Assembly: GCA_030699125.1 (NCBI GenBank)
Contig: JAUYKM010000009.1
Coordinates: forward strand, 291,365 to 355,364
Source of the DNA: Candidatus Daviesbacteria bacterium
Lineage (GTDB): Bacteria > Patescibacteriota > Microgenomatia > Daviesbacterales > UBA10151
Length of the DNA stretch: 64,000 nt
Direction of reading: 5' to 3'
In this document: piece after piece, positions 51,023 to 59,979 of the stretch
Position numbering within the stretch: the stretch's first letter is position 1
Layout: each line of letters starts with the position of its first letter
Made by a program: the position numbers and the translations under genes
Notes under the pieces: model-generated
Told to the model about the DNA's origin: nothing
The model's database searches: none
Seen by the model: only the letters and a program-made list of their open reading frames with translations

Positions 51023-53932
51023 TTAGAGTAATTTAGCTAAATATTGGCCGGTGTAGGAGAATTTGATTTTGGCGATATTTGTCGGAGTACCTTCGGCAAT
51101 AATTTTTCCGCCTCCATCTCCACCTTCCGGGCCTAAATCTATCACCCAATCTGTATTTTTAATTACATCCAAATTATGCTCAATAATGATCACAGTATTT
51201 CCGAAATTTACGAGCTTTCTAAGGATTGTTAGCAGTCTTTCAATATCTGCAAAGTGCAGACCTGTGGTGGGTTCATCTAAAATAAAAACAGTTCTGCCTG
51301 TCTGCCTTTTGGAGAGTTCTGAGGATAATTTAATTCTTTGAGCTTCACCACCAGATAGCGTTGGGGCACTCTGGCCCAATCTAATATAACTTAAGCCCAC
51401 ATCATTTAAAACTTGCAGCTTATTTTTCAAGTTGGGAATATTTCCAAAAAATTCTAAAGCTTCCTCTACCGTCATATTCAAAACTTCAGAAATATTTTTA
51501 TCCTTAAAATGAATTTCCAAAGCTTCCCTGTTATAACGGGCTCCATTACAAGCCTCACAAGTCACATACACATCAGGCAAAAACTGCATCTCAATTTTCA
51601 GTTGTCCTTCACCTTCACAGACCTCGCACCTGCCTCCTTTAACATTAAAAGAAAACCTGCCCGGTCCATAACCCCTAATTTTAGCTTCTGGAGAAGATGC
51701 AAATAGATCTCTGATAAAGGTGAAAGCCCCGGTATAGGTAGCTGGATTGGAACGCGGAGTTCTGCCTATGGGAGATTGGTCAACCAAGACTACTTTATCA
51801 ACATACTCCAGGCCTTCTAGACCCTTAAATTGTCCTGGTTTCTGCCTGGATTTATAAATTCTTTGAGCCAAGGCTTTATATAAAATATCATGAATCAGGG
51901 TTGATTTTCCCGAACCAGACACCCCGGTTATGGCGATAAATTGTCCTAAGGGAAAGGAGACATTAATATTTTTTAAATTATGTTCTGAGGCACCCATGAT
52001 TTTCAAATGTCCCATCTCCACAAGCTCTCTTCTAAACTCGCCGTTAACCTTGACCTGTTTTCTGCCTGAAAGATATTGACCGGTTAGTGAGCTGGTATTT
52101 TTTTTAATTTGCTCTGGTGTACCCATTGCCACAACTCTTCCTCCATGCTCGCCTGCTCCTGGTCCTATCTCTATCATTAAATCTGAAGCCTCCATAGTTT
52201 CCCCATCATGCTCATTAACAATGACAGTATTCCCTAAATCTCTTAACCTTTTTAAAGTCTCAATAAGCCTGGAGTTGTCCCTTTGGTGCAACCCAATAGA
52301 GGGTTCATCTAAAACATACAACACACCTGATAATCCGGAACCGATTTGAGAGGCTAATCTGATCCGTTGAGATTCTCCTCCTGCCAAAGTCATAGACGGG
52401 CGATCAAGCGTAAGATAATCCAACCCCACATCAATCAGAAACTGAATCCTGGATCTGATTTCTTTTAAAATAGATGCGGCAATTTGCATCTCCCTTCTTG
52501 AAAATACTTTCTCTCCCGCAATGCGATCTACCCAATCGATAGCCTGAGAAATAGATTGACTGGTTACCTCAGCAATATTTAAGCTGTCAATGGTAATAGA
52601 AAGAGCTTCATCCCTAAGCCTTGCCCCTTTGCATTTGGGACAGATTTCTTTAACCATGTACTTTTCAATTTCCCCCTTGACGTAATCAGATTCTGAGGCC
52701 TCATATCTTTCCTTAAGATATGGAATTAAGCCTTGAAATTCAGAATAGAAATAGGTCCACCTGCCTTGTCTATTTCTGCCCTCAACCTTAAATTGCTCAT
52801 CCTTTGAGCCGTGAAGCAGTATTTTTTTTACCTCATTAGATAAGTTGCCTAACCTGGTATTCATGTCAAAACCATATTTTTTCCCCACAGCCTCAATTAA
52901 GCGGGTGAACCAGGTTTCATTAGTAGCCAACTTACTCCAGGGCAGTATCCCACCTTCCGCAATTGAAAGTATAGGATTTAAAATAGCGGTTTCATCAATT
53001 TCTAAAAGTGAGCCTAGCCCGGAGCAAGTAGGGCAGGCACCATGAGGAGAATTAAAAGAAAGTAGCCTGGGCTCGATTTCTGATAAGGCAATGTTGTCGA
53101 TAGGACAGGCAAACCTTTCAGAATAAAGGTGATCTGCCATTTTCTTGGGGTTTTGGGGAAATTCCAAAGAAGCGTCTAACACTTCAGATATAATTACTGA
53201 ACCCTCACCCATTTTGAGCGCTGTCTCAACTGATTGTGATAATCTTGAACTAAATTGTTGTTCGTGAACAACTTTCTTATCCAAAACTAATCGATCTACT
53301 ACTAAACCAATTGTATGTTTATTAGTCTTAATTAAGACTAAATCTTCAGTTAAATCTCTAATCTGTCCATCCACCCTCACCTTAGAAAATCCTTTTTTTC
53401 TGAAATCCTCAAAAAGTTGAGAGTATTCACCTTTGCGGTCTTTAACAACGGGTGCCAAAATCATAATCCTTTTTCCTTTCTTTCCTGTCACCTGTAACCT
53501 GTCGCCTGTGATCTGTTCCACAATCTGCTCTACACTCATTCTGGAGATTTCTCTGCCGCAAATAGGACAATGGGGGTGACCAACTCTGGCAAATAAAAGC
53601 CTTAGATAATCATATATTTCGGTGGTTGTACCTACTGTAGAACGTGGATTGTGAGATACACCTTTTTGATCTATTGAAATGGCAGGGGAGAGGCCTTCTA
53701 TTAAATCCACATCCGGTTTATCCATTACTCCTAAAAACTGCCTGGCGTAGGCAGATAATGATTCCACATATCTTCTTTGCCCTTCAGCATAAAGGGTATC
53801 AAAAGCCAGAGAGGATTTACCTGAACCGGAAATTCCGGTAAACACAATTAATTTACCTTTTGGAAGCTCCAGGTCAATATTTTTTAAATTGTGTTCGCGA
53901 GCGCCTTTAATTGTAATCTTGTCAATTGCCAT
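51023..53932 (-). CDS. uvrA: Excinuclease ABC subunit A
   Basis: GAREHNLKN, two ABC ATPase modules, Zn fingers. Confidence 0.98.
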   Translation of the reverse strand: MAIDKITIKGAREHNLKNIDLELPKGKLIVFTGISGSGKSSLAFDTLYAEGQRRYVESLSAYARQFLGVMDKPDVDLIEGLSPAISIDQKGVSHNPRSTVGTTTEIYDYLRLLFARVGHPHCPICGREISRMSVEQIVEQITGDRLQVTGKKGKRIMILAPVVKDRKGEYSQLFEDFRKKGFSKVRVDGQIRDLTEDLVLIKTNKHTIGLVVDRLVLDKKVVHEQQFSSRLSQSVETALKMGEGSVIISEVLDASLEFPQNPKKMADHLYSERFACPIDNIALSEIEPRLLSFNSPHGACPTCSGLGSLLEIDETAILNPILSIAEGGILPWSKLATNETWFTRLIEAVGKKYGFDMNTRLGNLSNEVKKILLHGSKDEQFKVEGRNRQGRWTYFYSEFQGLIPYLKERYEASESDYVKGEIEKYMVKEICPKCKGARLRDEALSITIDSLNIAEVTSQSISQAIDWVDRIAGEKVFSRREMQIAASILKEIRSRIQFLIDVGLDYLTLDRPSMTLAGGESQRIRLASQIGSGLSGVLYVLDEPSIGLHQRDNSRLIETLKRLRDLGNTVIVNEHDGETMEASDLMIEIGPGAGEHGGRVVAMGTPEQIKKNTSSLTGQYLSGRKQVKVNGEFRRELVEMGHLKIMGASEHNLKNINVSFPLGQFIAITGVSGSGKSTLIHDILYKALAQRIYKSRQKPGQFKGLEGLEYVDKVVLVDQSPIGRTPRSNPATYTGAFTFIRDLFASSPEAKIRGYGPGRFSFNVKGGRCEVCEGEGQLKIEMQFLPDVYVTCEACNGARYNREALEIHFKDKNISEVLNMTVEEALEFFGNIPNLKNKLQVLNDVGLSYIRLGQSAPTLSGGEAQRIKLSSELSKRQTGRTVFILDEPTTGLHFADIERLLTILRKLVNFGNTVIIIEHNLDVIKNTDWVIDLGPEGGDGGGKIIAEGTPTNIAKIKFSYTGQYLAKLL

Positions 53933-54175
53933 ATGCGAAGTTTTCCTTGCCTAGCCGCAGGCGGGCTGAAAAATACCGGTTTATTATAGACCTTATTACA
54001 ATATTTTTAAAGCCCTTAAAACCGAGAACCTTTAGCCCGAAAGTCTATAAGCTTCCGCGGACTCTCAGTCTATGATTTTCTGCTCGTGATTATGAGTCTT
54101 AGGATTTAAAGATGAATTGTGCACATTCCCTCTTGCAAAAATACCAACTATAAGTTATAATTTCCTCTTAAATTT

Positions 54176-54790
54176 ATGATTGAATTGATTAATCAGCAGT
54201 CAGTGGGACCGGAAATTACGGCAGAAGAAATGGATTATATTTTGGAAACTCAACATGGAGTGGTTTTCTTGGAAAACCGACCAACACGGGAATATAACAT
54301 AGGAGAGGACACTTTGGCTGCTTTATTTGGTTATAAGAATGTTAGTAGTTCTTTGAGCTTTCTCAGACGAACATGTCAATACTACTATGGTTTGCCCATT
54401 ATGGATCAATGGGAACCTGATCACGATGCCAGAAAAAGATGGAGAACTGAAATGAATCTGCAATATGGTAAAATTTTTAAGGAAAGATATGAAGATAGAA
54501 ACCAATTTCGCGTCAATAATATGACCGCCATGATTGGATGGCTTGAATACGTAGTTGAATGTTCTCGGAATATAGGAAATGATGAATTATCTAATGAGTT
54601 AGCTAAAATCCATAAGGTAATGCTTTACCCTAAGAAAGGGCGAAAATTTTCAGATGCCTATGTCTTATGTGAATTTATTGGAGAGAAATTGGAATTTGTC
54701 GAATTACTTGAGGATAAAGCTGAAGAAGCATTAGATCTTGTATCTTCATATAAGCCTCAATACTCAATAATTCCAGTCAGAGTATTCTAA
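54176..54790 (+). CDS. Hypothetical protein
   Basis: 204-aa ORF preceded by TTGCAA-17-TATAAT; no motif recognised. Confidence 0.55.
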   Translation: MIELINQQSVGPEITAEEMDYILETQHGVVFLENRPTREYNIGEDTLAALFGYKNVSSSLSFLRRTCQYYYGLPIMDQWEPDHDARKRWRTEMNLQYGKIFKERYEDRNQFRVNNMTAMIGWLEYVVECSRNIGNDELSNELAKIHKVMLYPKKGRKFSDAYVLCEFIGEKLEFVELLEDKAEEALDLVSSYKPQYSIIPVRVF

Positions 54791-54916
54791 CTTCTTAATC
54801 TGATCCCGGATTCTGGTGGCTACTTCAAAATCAGATTCAAAAGATTCCTTCTACAACTGCCCAGGTTGCACCTCAACCAAGGACGAACCTGAACATACGA
54901 TGCATGATAAGTAGAG

Positions 54917-55468
54917 CTATACGTGATCAGGTTTTTCAAAACTTACCGTTACAGGTCTGGTACACGAGGGTCTGAGAAAAAAAGTTTCCTTTAGCACTCC
55001 TGTATTTAGATCTGGCAAGGGTAAATTTGTATAATCCTCCCCGTCTAAAGATATGCTAATTTGATATTTACCATTGCAGGCAGTTGCTAAAAATATTGTA
55101 TAATTTTTAGATTGCTGTGGAGTAAGTTTAACTGTTTCTAAATCTTGCTCCATACGCTCATTATCAACAATGTCTACTCTTTGGAATCTAATCCATATAT
55201 CTAAATCAACATTTTCAGGTGCTACCAGGATTATCCCCATGTTTTTCTCACGAGCTTTTTGATAAATCGTTCTGAAACTAGGATTGCCATTTAAAAACTT
55301 TTCTAAGTCCGGTTCAAGAGGTGTTGTTGTTGAAGCTAGAGAATTATCAGGAGAAGAACTTTGCCCTTGTCCAAAACCACAAGCTATACTTGAAAGACCG
55401 AGAAAAGTGGATAATATTACTGGATAAAATCCCCCTCTTATTCTTGGTTTGATTAAATCTCTCTCCAT
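54917..55468 (-). CDS. Putative lipoprotein
   Basis: Hydrophobic N-terminus with lipobox-like 'SIAC'. Confidence 0.5.
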   Translation of the reverse strand: MERDLIKPRIRGGFYPVILSTFLGLSSIACGFGQGQSSSPDNSLASTTTPLEPDLEKFLNGNPSFRTIYQKAREKNMGIILVAPENVDLDIWIRFQRVDIVDNERMEQDLETVKLTPQQSKNYTIFLATACNGKYQISISLDGEDYTNLPLPDLNTGVLKETFFLRPSCTRPVTVSFEKPDHV

Positions 55469-55556
55469 TGAGGGAAGAATAAATGGATCTAGCTAAATTT
55501 GCAACTCCTTAATTTGATCCCGGATTCTGGCCGCCCCAAAGGGGCGAGCCTCGCCT

Positions 55557-57530
55557 TTAGCTGCTTAGCTCTTTTATTTGATCTCTAAGGCGGGCTGCCT
55601 CTTCAAAGTCTAATATTTCTGCTGCTTGGTACATTTGGGCTTCTAAATTCCCTATCATTTTCTGTCTTTCTTTAACCGGAATATCCTCTATAGTTAATTC
55701 CTTTTTACCTAATTGCTCCTCCAGCTCCTCAACTTGCTCAATCAGCCTTTCCCTTAAGGCTTTCTCAATGCTTCGGGGAGTAATATGGTGCTTTTTATTA
55801 TAATCTTCTTGGTATTTTCTTCTTCTAGCTACTTCATCAATTGCAGCTTGCATACTCTTGGTAGTGGTATCCGCATACATAATTACCTCTCCGCCAATAT
55901 TTCTGGCAGCCCTGCCCATAGTTTGAATAAGTGAAGTCCTACTCCTTAAGAAACCTTCTTTATCTGCGTCTAAAATTATTACCAAAGTTACCTCAGGTAA
56001 ATCCAGTCCTTCCCTGAGTAAATTGATTCCCACGATCACATCATATTCCCCTAAGCGTAATGAATTTAAAATATCAGATCTTTTTAAGGTTTCAATATCA
56101 GAGTGAAGGTAATTGACTTTGACTCCGTGTTCTTTTAAATAATCAGTTAAATCCTCGGCCATTCTTTTTGTTAAAGTGGTAATTAAAACTCTTTCACCTT
56201 TATTTACTCTTCCTTCTACCTCTTTGATAACGTCTTCAATCTGTCCCTGAGTTTCTCTTACTGATATTTGGGGATCGACAATACCAGTGGGTCTGACCAG
56301 CTGTTCTGCCACATTTTCTGAGCCGGCAAGGCTTAATTCATATTCATCCGGAGTGGCTGAAACATATATTGCCTGATTAATCCTTCTTTGGAATTCTTCA
56401 AATTTGAGAGGTCTGTTGTCCAAAGCAGAGGGAAGTCTGAACCCGAATTCGACCAAAGTTTCTTTTCTGGATCTGTCACCGTTATACATGCCTCTTAGTT
56501 GCGGTAAGCTGATGTGTGATTCATCAATAATCAGTAAAAAATCCTTAGGAAAATATTCCATTAAAGTATAAGGTGGGGAACCGGGAGCTCTTCCTTCAAA
56601 ATATCTGGAATAATTTTCTATGCCATTACAAAAACCAAACTCCTTTATCATTTCCAAATCATAGTAGGTTCTTTGCTCAAGCCTCTGGGCCTCAACTAAT
56701 TTCCCTTGTATTCTTAGTTTCTCCAACCTAGTTCCTAGATCCTGTTTTATCTCTTTGATAGCCGGTATCATCCTGGCTTCTGGAGTAATATAGTGTTTAG
56801 CTGGAAATATGGTGAGAGTTTGTGAAGTTGGAGCTATGTTGCCGGTAAGCGGATCCAAATGGGAGATTTTCTCTATCTTGTCTCCTAAGAAATTCACCCT
56901 GATGGCTGACTCTGAATATCCTGGATAAATATCTAAGGTATCACCCTTGACTCTATAGGTGGCTCTTTTAAAATCCAGATCATTCCTGCTATAAAACATT
57001 TTATGCAACATTTTTTTAATTTGTTCAAAACCCAATTTTACCCCCATTTTTAACTCCAAAATTGCCCCACCGTATTCAATAGGGGAGCCTAAGTTATAAA
57101 TGCAGGAGACAGAGGCTACCACCACCACATCTTTTCTGGTCATTAGAGAAGTAGTGGTAGAAAGCCTTAATTTTTCTATCTCCTCATTGATAGTGGCATC
57201 TTTTTCAATGTAAGTATCAGATTGGGGCACATATGCTTCAGGCTGATAATAGTCATAGTAAGAGACAAAGTATTCAACTGCATTTTTGGGAAAAATGGAT
57301 CTAAATTCCTGGGCTAGCTGCCCTGCTAAAGTTTTATTATGGGAAATAACCAGAGTTGGACGCTGGACTTTTTGAATCACATTTGCCATGGTAAAGGTTT
57401 TACCCGAGCCGGTTACTCCTAAAAGAACTTGATGCTGGGCCCCTGAGTTTAACTTGCCAACCAGTTTCTCAATAGCTTGCGGCTGGTCTCCGGTAGGTTT
57501 AAAACCAGATTCAATTTGAAATTTCGCCAT
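55557..57530 (-). CDS. uvrB: Excinuclease ABC subunit B
   Basis: GDQP.AI, GVTGSGKT, FVSYYDYYQPEAY, C-terminal UVR domain. Confidence 0.98.
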   Translation of the reverse strand: MAKFQIESGFKPTGDQPQAIEKLVGKLNSGAQHQVLLGVTGSGKTFTMANVIQKVQRPTLVISHNKTLAGQLAQEFRSIFPKNAVEYFVSYYDYYQPEAYVPQSDTYIEKDATINEEIEKLRLSTTTSLMTRKDVVVVASVSCIYNLGSPIEYGGAILELKMGVKLGFEQIKKMLHKMFYSRNDLDFKRATYRVKGDTLDIYPGYSESAIRVNFLGDKIEKISHLDPLTGNIAPTSQTLTIFPAKHYITPEARMIPAIKEIKQDLGTRLEKLRIQGKLVEAQRLEQRTYYDLEMIKEFGFCNGIENYSRYFEGRAPGSPPYTLMEYFPKDFLLIIDESHISLPQLRGMYNGDRSRKETLVEFGFRLPSALDNRPLKFEEFQRRINQAIYVSATPDEYELSLAGSENVAEQLVRPTGIVDPQISVRETQGQIEDVIKEVEGRVNKGERVLITTLTKRMAEDLTDYLKEHGVKVNYLHSDIETLKRSDILNSLRLGEYDVIVGINLLREGLDLPEVTLVIILDADKEGFLRSRTSLIQTMGRAARNIGGEVIMYADTTTKSMQAAIDEVARRRKYQEDYNKKHHITPRSIEKALRERLIEQVEELEEQLGKKELTIEDIPVKERQKMIGNLEAQMYQAAEILDFEEAARLRDQIKELSS

Positions 57531-57599
57531 AACGGTTCATTATACCATCCTGATCTAGTTTGTCCTAGTTGACATGTTCGGGTTATATTTGATATTGTT

Positions 57600-58229
57600 A
57601 TGGTAAAGCTTATGCCAATTACACTCTACAGGCGTCAAAAGCAGATTGTAGATTTTGTTAAACAATATATTGACCGTTATGGTTATTCTCCCACTTTAGG
57701 TGAGATTGCCGAAGCCTTAGGTGTTTCTTCTCTTGCCACAGTTCATGAACATCTCCAGGCTCTAGCTAAAAAAGGCGTGATCAAAAGATTTGAAGGTGCT
57801 GTCAGAGGAATTGAAATTTTGGACCAGAAAATTTCTCACGGCTTGGATGGGATTGAATTGCCTGTTTTGGGCTTTATTGCCGCCGGCCAACCAATCATGA
57901 CTTATACTGACCCTGATGCTACAATTAGGGTAGCTCCTTCCATGCTCACCGGCAAAAAAAGGTCTTATGTTTTGCAGGTTAAAGGTGATTCCATGATTGA
58001 AGACGGAATCCTGGATGGAGATTTTGTCATTATTGAAGAGCAGGATGTGGCAAATGATGGGGAAATTGTGGTGGCTCTGCTTGATAATGGTCTAGCTACC
58101 TTAAAAAGATTTTTCCGGGAGTCTGATAGAATCAGATTGGAACCTGCCAATTCCCAAATGGCCCCTATTTATGCCACAGATGTGCAAATTCAGGGTAAAT
58201 GTGTGGGGGTCATCCGCAGGTTTCAATAA
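57600..58229 (+). CDS. lexA: SOS repressor LexA (start may be 57612)
   Basis: wHTH 'GYSPTL.EIA', cleavage site IAAG.P, VKGDSM, ATLKR. Confidence 0.95.
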   Translation: MVKLMPITLYRRQKQIVDFVKQYIDRYGYSPTLGEIAEALGVSSLATVHEHLQALAKKGVIKRFEGAVRGIEILDQKISHGLDGIELPVLGFIAAGQPIMTYTDPDATIRVAPSMLTGKKRSYVLQVKGDSMIEDGILDGDFVIIEEQDVANDGEIVVALLDNGLATLKRFFRESDRIRLEPANSQMAPIYATDVQIQGKCVGVIRRFQ

Positions 58230-58289
58230 TTCGATTAGAATTATAGCCTACTGTCTATAACCTCTCATTATCTGCTATACTAACTACTT

Positions 58290-58916
58290 ATGCCTCATTT
58301 TGATCTAGTTGAGCTTATTAGAACTGTTGGATATTTGGGAGTTTTTACCATTGTTTTTTTAGAATCAGGACTCCTAATAGGTTTTTTCTTCCCCGGAGAT
58401 TCAGTTTTGTTTACAGCCGGATTTTTGGCTTCCCAGGGTTTTTTGGATATTAAAATTTTAATAGCAGGATGTTTTATCTTTGCTGTTTTAGGAGATAGTA
58501 TTGGTTATTACATAGGTAAAACACTAGGTCCAAAAATCTTTACCAGAGAAAATTCAATTTTCTTTCATAGGAAACATTTGGAAAGGGCTAACAGATTTTA
58601 CGAAAAACATGGTGGAAAAACCATCATCTTGGCCAGGTTTATTCCGGTGATTAGGGCTTTTGCGCCTGTGGTGGCAGGTGCTGGAAAAATGAACTACAAA
58701 AGATTTGTTTTCTTTAACTTTTTTGGGGGGATCCTCTGGGCAATAGGAGTTACTTTGGCAGGATTTTATCTGGGAAGCCTGATACCTGATGTAGATAAAT
58801 ACCTGCTTCCCATTGTAGGGCTAATAGTTATAGCTTCTGTTCTACCTGGGCTGCACCATATGCTGACTGATGCAGAATTGAGGGCTAGTCTGATTAAAAG
58901 GGTAAAAAGAAGCTAA
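58290..58916 (+). CDS. DedA family membrane protein
   Basis: FLESGL..GFF.PGDS.LF.AG and ARFIPV.R.FAP.VAG. Confidence 0.93.
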   Translation: MPHFDLVELIRTVGYLGVFTIVFLESGLLIGFFFPGDSVLFTAGFLASQGFLDIKILIAGCFIFAVLGDSIGYYIGKTLGPKIFTRENSIFFHRKHLERANRFYEKHGGKTIILARFIPVIRAFAPVVAGAGKMNYKRFVFFNFFGGILWAIGVTLAGFYLGSLIPDVDKYLLPIVGLIVIASVLPGLHHMLTDAELRASLIKRVKRS

Positions 58917-58929
58917 TCCTGCTATAATT

Positions 58930-59601
58930 ATGGCCATGCTATACATTGTGGCCACTCCAATTGGAAATTTAGGGGATATTACCCTAAGGGCTTTGGAGGT
59001 ATTAGAATCTTGCGACGGGATAATCTGTGAAGATAGCAGGAGAACTGGCTTGCTTCTTGGGCATTTTAATGTCCATAAACCACTTCAAGTGCTGAATGAC
59101 TACAATGAAGTAAAAGTATTTGAGTCCATCATAGAGCAATTAAAGTCTGGGCAAAATCTGGCTTTAGTCTCCGATGCCGGCACCCCGCTTATTTCTGATC
59201 CGGGGTATAAGTTGGTTAGAGAGTGTCTTAACCAGGGAATAGAAATAGACTCTCTACCTGGCCCCTCATCTGTTACTGCCGCCCTCACCTTATCCGGCCT
59301 TCCACCTGATAAGTTTATTTTTTTAGGTTACCCTCCTGAAAAGAGGGGTAAAAGAATGAAATGGCTTGAGGATTTTAAAAAAACTGATGCTACAACCATT
59401 ATGTTCGTTTCACCACATAAATTACTTAAGACCTTAGAAGATATGAAGGAAGTTTTTGGGGATATAGAAGTAGTCTTAGCTCATGAATTAACCAAAATTC
59501 ACCAAAGTGTGGAAAAGAAAAGAATTACTGAGTGGCTGGAAACTTTAACAAATCCTTCAACTGGCGGACCAAAAGGAGAGTATATTTTACTTTTTAAATA
59601 A
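58930..59601 (+). CDS. rsmI: 16S rRNA C1402 2'-O-methyltransferase
   Basis: LYIVATPIGNL.DIT.RA, SDAGTP.ISDPG, ELTK.H. Confidence 0.95.
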   Translation: MAMLYIVATPIGNLGDITLRALEVLESCDGIICEDSRRTGLLLGHFNVHKPLQVLNDYNEVKVFESIIEQLKSGQNLALVSDAGTPLISDPGYKLVRECLNQGIEIDSLPGPSSVTAALTLSGLPPDKFIFLGYPPEKRGKRMKWLEDFKKTDATTIMFVSPHKLLKTLEDMKEVFGDIEVVLAHELTKIHQSVEKKRITEWLETLTNPSTGGPKGEYILLFK

Positions 59602-59964
59602 TAAAAGTCCTGTTGCTGCCTTGATACGACCATCGATATTTTCTAATGTGGGAACGGTCGATTTAAGTCTTGCTAACCCCTGTTCAGGAGATATTCTTTG
59701 TAAACCACGTCTATCCTTAGACAACAACACATCCATTATTTGTTGAGACCACTCACTCAATATTTTATCATAAACTCTCTGCATCAACTCACCTACTACA
59801 GGCTTACCCTCAGGGAAATATTCTCCTAGCCTAATATATACCCTTCTTAATACTGTAGTGGGTTCTGCCACTATTAAAGAATTATCTGATGGATCAACAT
59901 CAAATCTACTCTGTCTTACATTTGGATCTACTTGAAATTGCATTGGATCTACTTCAGGTGGCAT
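59587..59964 (-). CDS. Hypothetical protein
   Basis: 125-aa ORF; no motif recognised. Confidence 0.45.
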   Translation of the reverse strand: MPPEVDPMQFQVDPNVRQSRFDVDPSDNSLIVAEPTTVLRRVYIRLGEYFPEGKPVVGELMQRVYDKILSEWSQQIMDVLLSKDRRGLQRISPEQGLARLKSTVPTLENIDGRIKAATGLLLFKK

Positions 59965-59979
59965 ATAATAAATATTATA

